NCBI GenBank assembly: GCA_028870995.1
Contig: JAGWOI010000011.1
Location: 5,373 to 69,372, forward strand
Origin: Candidatus Omnitrophota bacterium
GTDB lineage: Bacteria; Omnitrophota; Gorgyraeia; Zapsychrales; Fredricksoniimonadaceae
DNA: 64,000 bases
Reading direction: 5' to 3'
The notes under the pieces were generated by a model. It did not search any database. It had not been told where the DNA came from and was given only the letters and a program-made list of their open reading frames with translations. Positions 57,983-64,000 of the stretch are shown piece after piece (position 1 is the stretch's first letter; each line of letters starts with the position of its first letter). Made by a program: the position numbers and the translations under genes.

Positions 57983-60900
57983 GAGCCGCCCCTTGGATCT
58001 TTGAAATATAAAATCTTCCCGTGCACTTTATGCTTAGGATAAAAGGAGCTGACCAGCTCGACATATTCCTTGATCTGCTCCTCATGCCGGGCTTGGGCCG
58101 CGGGGGACAATTTATAATCCACCACCCACACCTCGTCTTTCAACACGACGAGGCGGTCGATGCGTTTGCCGTCCCCATAGGCGTTGGCAAATTCCTTTTC
58201 ACAAAAGATGGCAGCATCATCCGGCAAATAGAAAAATGCCCGCGCTTCATCGCGGTTGATGAATTCACGCATGTGTTTCAACACTTCATCCCGGCCGGCG
58301 GCCGGAGCATGCCGGCGGCAGGCCTGCAGCCAGGCATGCTGGAGTACCGCCTCCAGGCTGCTTGCATCGACGCGTCCCACCTCCATCAGCAAGGCATGAT
58401 AAAACTCTCCTTGTTGCGCCAAAGCCGCCGAGGCGACCGGCTCTGCGGCAAATTCATGCTGTAAATACTCCCAGGGATCACCGACAAAAGTCTTGATCTT
58501 TTGATGGGCGGACGGCGGCTGATGGGCTTGGGGCCGGTCGGCGGCTTCCCCCAAGGACCAGCAATCCTCCGGGATGAGAAACCGGGCGGGATTCACCGCA
58601 TTGCCCACGCGGCCCGGCACGAAAACATAAAGCTCCTCCACGGCACGGGTCAAGGCCACATAAATGCTGTTTAATTCCACCAAAAAAGATTTCTTGTATT
58701 CCTGCTCATACCTGGCTTGTAGCTCGGGACAAAATTTCCGGTAAGCTTCCTTCAGGCGCAGGAGCGCGACACCGTCTTGATGCACGTCCAGGACGTAGGC
58801 CTGCCCCCCGTCACGGCCGCCGCTGCCCGCCTTAATATCCATTTCCAAAAAGGGGATGATCACGACCGGAAATTCCAGCCCCTTGGCCTTATGCACCGTG
58901 GTCACCCTGACGGCATTCATTTGGGTCATGGGCACAAAGCGTTCTTCCCCTTCGAGGGCTTCATAAAAAGCGGCAAAAGAAGACAGGTCGCAGCCGTTTT
59001 TCTCCTGCTTTTTGATCAATTCCAAAAAATGCATGAAAAAGGCCTGGTTTTGGGGAAAGCACTCTTCGCAGCGAAAACGCCGGATGATGCCGGCGGTCAG
59101 TTCATATAAAGGACTGACGCCGGCCTGCCGGAAAAATTTTTCGAACAGGTCCTGCCATATTTCCGGAAAGACCTCACGGAATCTTTTATAGAACGCAACC
59201 TGCCTGTTGCCGGACGATCCCCTGGCGCAGGCAAACAGGAAGTCCTGCAAAACCTGTGGCTTTAATCCTGCTGCGCGGGGAAGCATCAGCCCTAAGCACA
59301 CCTGAGCAAAAGCATTGTTGTCGGCCGGCGCATGCAAAAAGATGAGCAAATTCAGCAGCTCATTGACCAGGGCGTTATTTTTGATGTCACTGCTGCGCTC
59401 CGAAGAGGCGCCTATCCCCTCCTGCAAGAGCCATTGGGTGACCTCCTCGACCTCGTCATTGCCCCTGGTCAGCAAGGCAATGTCCCTTAAAGCAAAACGC
59501 CGGGTAATGTCCTTGATAAGTGCCGTGAGCTTCTGGCGGACCTCATCGCCGCGCTCCTGTTTGGTCCTTCCATCGACAAGGTTCACCCGCACCAGGCCTC
59601 CGCTGAGGTCCTTGCCCGGAGTTTGATGGGCATGGCCGAATGTCAGGGCGATCTGCTGAAAATCTTCTTGAGAGAAATGGATATCGTTAGGACGCTTATT
59701 TTGGCGCGAATCTTCCAGGCGGCGCTCCAAAAAATCCCGGAGGTTCTCCAGGCTGAATACGCGGTTGTTAAAGCCGATGATCTCAGGGCAGCTGCGGAAA
59801 TTCTTATCGAGGCGAGTCGATTGGATGTTATACCCGTCCAATTGGCTTTGCAAGGCGTCGAACAGGCGGCTTTCACCTCCCCGGAAAGAATAGATGGCCT
59901 GCTTTTTATCCCCGACATAAAACAAAGACCCGCTGCCCGCCAGGGCCTCCTGGACCATGAGGCTCAAATTGCGCCACTGCGACAAGGAGGTGTCTTGAAA
60001 TTCATCGATAAGATAGTGCTGAAGCCGGGCGGCCAGCCGCAAGTACAACTCTTCGACACTGACCAAGCCATCCTCAAAGAGCAGCCCGGCCTTGCGGTTT
60101 AATTCCTCCAAAAAGAGCACATCATCCCGGCGGGATAATTGGCCGAAACGGGACAGCAGGTGCTCAAATAAAACGACGTAGGGATTAAACAAGCTGCGGG
60201 CTTCCGTCAGGCAGAGGGCGCAAATCTCCTGGTTGATCTGCCGCCACAATTTCAGGGCTTGGGGACTTGGCTCCCCTCCTTTATTGACGGGAAAATCCTC
60301 CCTGGCCCAATAATTGGCCAGCGCATCCACATCAATAATGCCCCTGGTGTTTGCCAAAAGCTCTTCCAGATGGTCAAGGAACCGCCGGCTGGTCTGGGCC
60401 GGACAACAGGATTTCAATTCAACCATCAAGTCATAGATCTTTTTCTTGCGCTCGAAAAGATCCCCGGCGTAAGGATAGACCAGCAGGGGTTTTTGATAGG
60501 TGTTGTATTGCCTGAAAAGCTCGATAATGACCTTTACCAGGTCTTCCTTGGGAAACCAACCCGAACGGTTTTCCAGAAACAAATACTGGCGCACAAAATT
60601 CTCAAACAGCATGCGTATCTTGTTGTCGCCGTCCGCCTGGTCCAGAAGCTCATCCAGGCTTAACTGCAGGTATTCGCCGGCATTGCGCTGGATCTTAAAA
60701 CGCGCCGAGAGGCCGATCTTGAAAGAACAGCCGGACAGCAGGATGTTGACGAAACTGTCGATGGTCTGGACCTGAAAATAATGGTACTGACGGATCACCT
60801 CATGCATCAATCCTGCGGCGAGCCTGGAAGCGCTTGATTCATCCAGCCCCAACGGTTTTAGGAAATCGTCGACTTGTGCGGGATCCAGTTGCTTAAGGCT

Positions 60901-61107
60901 GATGCGCTTGAGGAAATCCAGGATGCGGGACTTCATTTCCCAGGCGGCCTTATTGGTGAAGGTGATGGCCAGGATGGACTGGATGGGAAGGGCCTGGCCG
61001 CCGGCGGCAAGTTCCAAGCTTAACTGGACGTAGCGCCTGGCCAGGCAATAGGTCTTGCCGCTGCCTGCCGAGGCTTCGACCACAAAAACTTGGGACTCAC
61101 TTCTCAT
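57979..61107 (-). CDS. addA: AddA-like UvrD helicase-nuclease
   Basis: ASAGSGKT, TFTNKAA, DEFQDT, VGDKKQAIYSFRG, TVHKAKGLEF, RIDRL..VDYK. Confidence 0.85.
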   Translation of the reverse strand: MRSESQVFVVEASAGSGKTYCLARRYVQLSLELAAGGQALPIQSILAITFTNKAAWEMKSRILDFLKRISLKQLDPAQVDDFLKPLGLDESSASRLAAGLMHEVIRQYHYFQVQTIDSFVNILLSGCSFKIGLSARFKIQRNAGEYLQLSLDELLDQADGDNKIRMLFENFVRQYLFLENRSGWFPKEDLVKVIIELFRQYNTYQKPLLVYPYAGDLFERKKKIYDLMVELKSCCPAQTSRRFLDHLEELLANTRGIIDVDALANYWAREDFPVNKGGEPSPQALKLWRQINQEICALCLTEARSLFNPYVVLFEHLLSRFGQLSRRDDVLFLEELNRKAGLLFEDGLVSVEELYLRLAARLQHYLIDEFQDTSLSQWRNLSLMVQEALAGSGSLFYVGDKKQAIYSFRGGESRLFDALQSQLDGYNIQSTRLDKNFRSCPEIIGFNNRVFSLENLRDFLERRLEDSRQNKRPNDIHFSQEDFQQIALTFGHAHQTPGKDLSGGLVRVNLVDGRTKQERGDEVRQKLTALIKDITRRFALRDIALLTRGNDEVEEVTQWLLQEGIGASSERSSDIKNNALVNELLNLLIFLHAPADNNAFAQVCLGLMLPRAAGLKPQVLQDFLFACARGSSGNRQVAFYKRFREVFPEIWQDLFEKFFRQAGVSPLYELTAGIIRRFRCEECFPQNQAFFMHFLELIKKQEKNGCDLSSFAAFYEALEGEERFVPMTQMNAVRVTTVHKAKGLEFPVVIIPFLEMDIKAGSGGRDGGQAYVLDVHQDGVALLRLKEAYRKFCPELQARYEQEYKKSFLVELNSIYVALTRAVEELYVFVPGRVGNAVNPARFLIPEDCWSLGEAADRPQAHQPPSAHQKIKTFVGDPWEYLQHEFAAEPVASAALAQQGEFYHALLMEVGRVDASSLEAVLQHAWLQACRRHAPAAGRDEVLKHMREFINRDEARAFFYLPDDAAIFCEKEFANAYGDGKRIDRLVVLKDEVWVVDYKLSPAAQARHEEQIKEYVELVSSFYPKHKVHGKILYFKDPRGGS

Positions 61108-61840
61108 CTATGGATTTCCAGATGGAATCTTCCAGCATCTCCCGGATCACGGAGATGGAGGCCTGCAGGGGGGTCTGGCCTGCTCTCAACCCCCAGTCCA
61201 GCTCGCCGCCGCCGAACGAATCGAGCTTGTCCAAGAGCTCCTGGCGCTGCCGGGCGGTGATGGCCAGCAGGTGGCCTTTGCCGTTGGGGTTCTTATCGCT
61301 GATCATAACCTTGGTCATCATCACCGAGGCCTGGATGATCTTTTTATCCGCCTCTTTGCGCCGGAGTTCCATGTCATACTGGTTTTTCACGAACTCGATC
61401 TCCTTGGGCCGGGTGGCCTGGCCGGCGGCGTTAAGATCGTACCATTTTTCCCACAAATTCTTTTCCTGGCGGTTGATGGCGACTTCCTCGGAAACAGCCA
61501 CCACCACCGTGTCCGCGACCTTGCGCATCAGCATGTTGGGGGATTGCAGGTATTTGAGCAAATATCCCTTGATGACAAGCAGGTCCGAGCTGTCCAGGGT
61601 CAGGTCATCGATGGTGGCCAGGATCATTTTCTTTTTGTCATGGGCAAAGCGTTTCTTGGGGGCATTCTTGTTCCAGCGGTCATCCACGTCCTTCATGTAA
61701 CGCAGCGCCGTGATGTAGCTGCGGGCAAACTGGTATTTCATGATGTCGGGATTGTCTTTGCGGAATTCACCGGCGGCAAAGGCGGGCCAGACGGGGATTA
61801 ACCCGTAGAGGGAAAGGGCTACCAGCAAACATCGAAGCAT
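61097..61840 (-). CDS. Secreted hypothetical protein
   Basis: N-terminal signal peptide (PAFA); helical; overlaps the addA start. Confidence 0.7.
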   Translation of the reverse strand: MLRCLLVALSLYGLIPVWPAFAAGEFRKDNPDIMKYQFARSYITALRYMKDVDDRWNKNAPKKRFAHDKKKMILATIDDLTLDSSDLLVIKGYLLKYLQSPNMLMRKVADTVVVAVSEEVAINRQEKNLWEKWYDLNAAGQATRPKEIEFVKNQYDMELRRKEADKKIIQASVMMTKVMISDKNPNGKGHLLAITARQRQELLDKLDSFGGGELDWGLRAGQTPLQASISVIREMLEDSIWKSIDEK

Positions 61841-61844
61841 AAGT

Positions 61845-62216
61845 CTATTCTAAAGCTTTTTGGACTTTTTCCAACAAAAGTTTGGTGTCGACGGGTTTTT
61901 GCATGTAATCGATCCCCATCAGAAAACCGATGCGGGGGTCCAATTCCTGTTCGCGCGAGGTCAACACGATGATGGGGATATGCTTGAATTTGGGATCGAA
62001 TTTAAGGTCGCGGCAGACGTCATAACCGTTGAGCTCGGGCATCATCACATCCAGGACGATCAGATCCGGCACTATCTTTTTGACCTGCGCCACCCCTTCC
62101 AGGCCGTTATGGGCCTGCTCGACATCATAACCGGCGGAAGAAAGCACATTCTCCAGCAAAGTTATCACCGCCCTGTCATCATCCACGATCAAGATCTTTT
62201 TACCTTTGGTCGCCAT
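61845..62216 (-). CDS. Stand-alone response regulator receiver
   Basis: IVDD, LDVMMP, VLTS, KP. Confidence 0.93.
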   Translation of the reverse strand: MATKGKKILIVDDDRAVITLLENVLSSAGYDVEQAHNGLEGVAQVKKIVPDLIVLDVMMPELNGYDVCRDLKFDPKFKHIPIIVLTSREQELDPRIGFLMGIDYMQKPVDTKLLLEKVQKALE

Positions 62217-62248
62217 TTCCTTTCTCCTTCCTGTAGATCGGCATTTAT

Positions 62249-62929
62249 TTACTCGTCATTGATCGACGCCATCATACCTTCCAGCGCCGCAAATCGTTCT
62301 TGATAATCCTTCCGGGAACAGCGGATGACCTCCAGGGCCTCTTCCCGGCCGAATACATGGGTGATCTCGCAAATACGCTCATCGGAACCGGGAATATCCT
62401 TATAGGTCAGGAAATAATGTTTCAACCGGTCGATGAAGGAGCGCGGGCAGTCTTCAATATTGTTCCACTGGCTGTACAGGGCGTCCCCGTGCATGACCGC
62501 GATGATCTTGTCATCCGCCTGGCCGCGGTCGATCATGCGGAAACCGCCGATGGGGAGGGCCCGCACGATGATGTCGCCGTGGGTGATGACCTTCTCGCTC
62601 AAAATACAAATGTCCAGCGGGTCATCGTCCCCCACCACGGAATCGCGGCCTGTGCGCTCGCGGCAAAGCTGTGCGATATGGGTGGAACAATAGGTTTGCG
62701 GGATAAAGCCATAGAGCGTCGGACAGATGCTGGAATACTTTTGGGGGCGGTCAACCTTTAAAAAGCCGCTTTTTTTGTCGATCTCGTATTTGACGGTGTC
62801 GGAAGGCACGGTTTCTATATAGGTGTTGACGATATTAGGCGCCTCTTCCCCTATGGGTATACCATGCCAGGGATGGCTGCGCAGCAAAAGCGCCAAGGAT
62901 TGCCACAGTTTGTCCAAATCTTCATTCAT
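62249..62929 (-). CDS. ppa: Inorganic pyrophosphatase (family I)
   Basis: HPWHG, KYEIDK, YGFIPQT, DDDPLD, DDKIIAV. Confidence 0.93.
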   Translation of the reverse strand: MNEDLDKLWQSLALLLRSHPWHGIPIGEEAPNIVNTYIETVPSDTVKYEIDKKSGFLKVDRPQKYSSICPTLYGFIPQTYCSTHIAQLCRERTGRDSVVGDDDPLDICILSEKVITHGDIIVRALPIGGFRMIDRGQADDKIIAVMHGDALYSQWNNIEDCPRSFIDRLKHYFLTYKDIPGSDERICEITHVFGREEALEVIRCSRKDYQERFAALEGMMASINDE

Positions 62930-63103
62930 GGGAAAAAATCAGGATAAGAAGTTTTCGTTTGACGGCACACAGTATAACACTGTCCCTTTAAGGATTTCAA
63001 GCATTTAAACAGATTAAATAAGTAAAAAATGGCAAACATACGAATTAATAGGGTATACTTATTGATGGAGTCATACATAAACCACATACAAAGGAGGGTA
63101 CCT

Positions 63104-63502
63104 ATGCGTACTCACAACAAACAAGGTTTTACGCTGGTGGAAATCATGATCGTGGTAGCGATCATTGCCCTGTTGGCGGCAATCGCGATCCCTAACCTGC
63201 TCAGAGCAAGGATGACATCCAACGACTCTTTGGCCAAGGCCACTTTACGCGCGATGTCAACTGCGGCCGAATCTTACGGGACGGCCAACAACGGCAATTA
63301 TCCGACCAGCGAAAGCGCCTTAACCGGCGCCACACCGCCTTATTTGAACAAGGCTTATTGTGCCAACTCACCGATCTCCGGGTATAACTATACTTGCAAC
63401 TTTGCTTCTTCGGGCTATACGGTCACGGCAACGCCTCTGGTGATCGGCAGCTCCGGTTCCACGGTAGAAACGATCACTACCGGTGGCGTTTTGACACCGT
63501 AA
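63104..63502 (+). CDS. Type IV major pilin, copy 1
   Basis: MRTHNKQG|FTLVEIMIVVAII prepilin site; SD GGAGG; C-terminal Cys pair. Confidence 0.93.
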   Translation: MRTHNKQGFTLVEIMIVVAIIALLAAIAIPNLLRARMTSNDSLAKATLRAMSTAAESYGTANNGNYPTSESALTGATPPYLNKAYCANSPISGYNYTCNFASSGYTVTATPLVIGSSGSTVETITTGGVLTP

Positions 63503-63521
63503 TTCTTTAATACGGGCCATC

Positions 63522-63553
63522 AAAAAACCCCGCCAGTCTCGGCGGGGTTTTTT
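63522..63553 (+). terminator. Intrinsic terminator between the pilin copies
   Basis: AAAAAACCCCGCC-agtctc-GGCGGGGTTTTTT. Confidence 0.88.
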
Positions 63554-63636
63554 ATTAAATAATAACCCCTTTATCCCCCTGCATGGTATACTAAAATTTG
63601 GAGTTATACATTAACCATATATCAAGGAGGGGTAGT

Positions 63637-64000
63637 ATGCGTACTCGTAACAAACAAGGTTTTACGCTGGTGGAAATCATGATCGTAGTGGCGATCATTG
63701 CCCTGTTGGCGGCGATTGCCATCCCCAACCTGCTGCGCGCCAAGATGACATCCAATGACTCATTGGCCAAGGCCACCTTGAGGGCCATGTCGACAGCTGC
63801 TGAATCCTACGGGACAGCCAACAACGGCAATTATCCGACCAGTGAAAGCGCCTTAACCGGGGCAACGCCTCCGTACTTAAACACGGCTTATTGCGCCAAT
63901 TCGCCGATTGCAGGTTATAATTACTCCTGCAACTTCGCTTCTTCGGGTTACACCGTCACCGCGACCCCGCTGGTGATCGGCAGCACCGGTTCAACCGTGG
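63637..64000 (+). CDS. Type IV major pilin, copy 2 (runs off window)
   Basis: MRTRNKQG|FTLVEIMIVVAII, nearly identical to copy 1; SD GGAGG. Confidence 0.93.
   Translation, partial: MRTRNKQGFTLVEIMIVVAIIALLAAIAIPNLLRAKMTSNDSLAKATLRAMSTAAESYGTANNGNYPTSESALTGATPPYLNTAYCANSPIAGYNYSCNFASSGYTVTATPLVIGSTGSTV

Noticed and set aside
63029-63103. Longer pilin N-terminus from the ORF track
   Set aside because: The SD and the match to copy 2 place the start at 63104.

Overview
A 64-kb bacterial chromosome segment, nearly all on the minus strand and mostly housekeeping genes: ilvBN, mrdA/mreD/ybeY/HD/phoH, aspS, hisS, HU, dnaE, guaA/guaB3, groESL with two CIRCE operators, coaX, uvrB, mreBC, aroA, rluD/lgt/lspA/dksA/ileS, mtnP, proC, yggS, addAB-like, ppa and tandem type IV pilins. 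The gene content suggests Candidatus Omnitrophota (PVC); this is an inference from recalled families, not a search. Three things stand out. (1) A 1254-aa signal-peptide protein (28769-32533) has a modular carrier-plus-cargo layout: an N-terminal domain, [DN]-x-A-M linkers, a complete plant/protist-type UDP-sugar pyrophosphorylase, and a GGIDLN C-terminal domain. (2) A 189-bp rod-like palindromic insertion with a 7-bp target-site duplication sits in frame inside a lipoprotein signal peptide (35794-35989). (3) An AT-rich RAYT/Y1 transposase is bounded by 14-bp inverted repeats, and a separate 93-bp inverted-repeat element lies between lspA and lgt. No rRNA, tRNA or CRISPR array was recognised. 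All calls come from motif reading by eye; no database searches were run.
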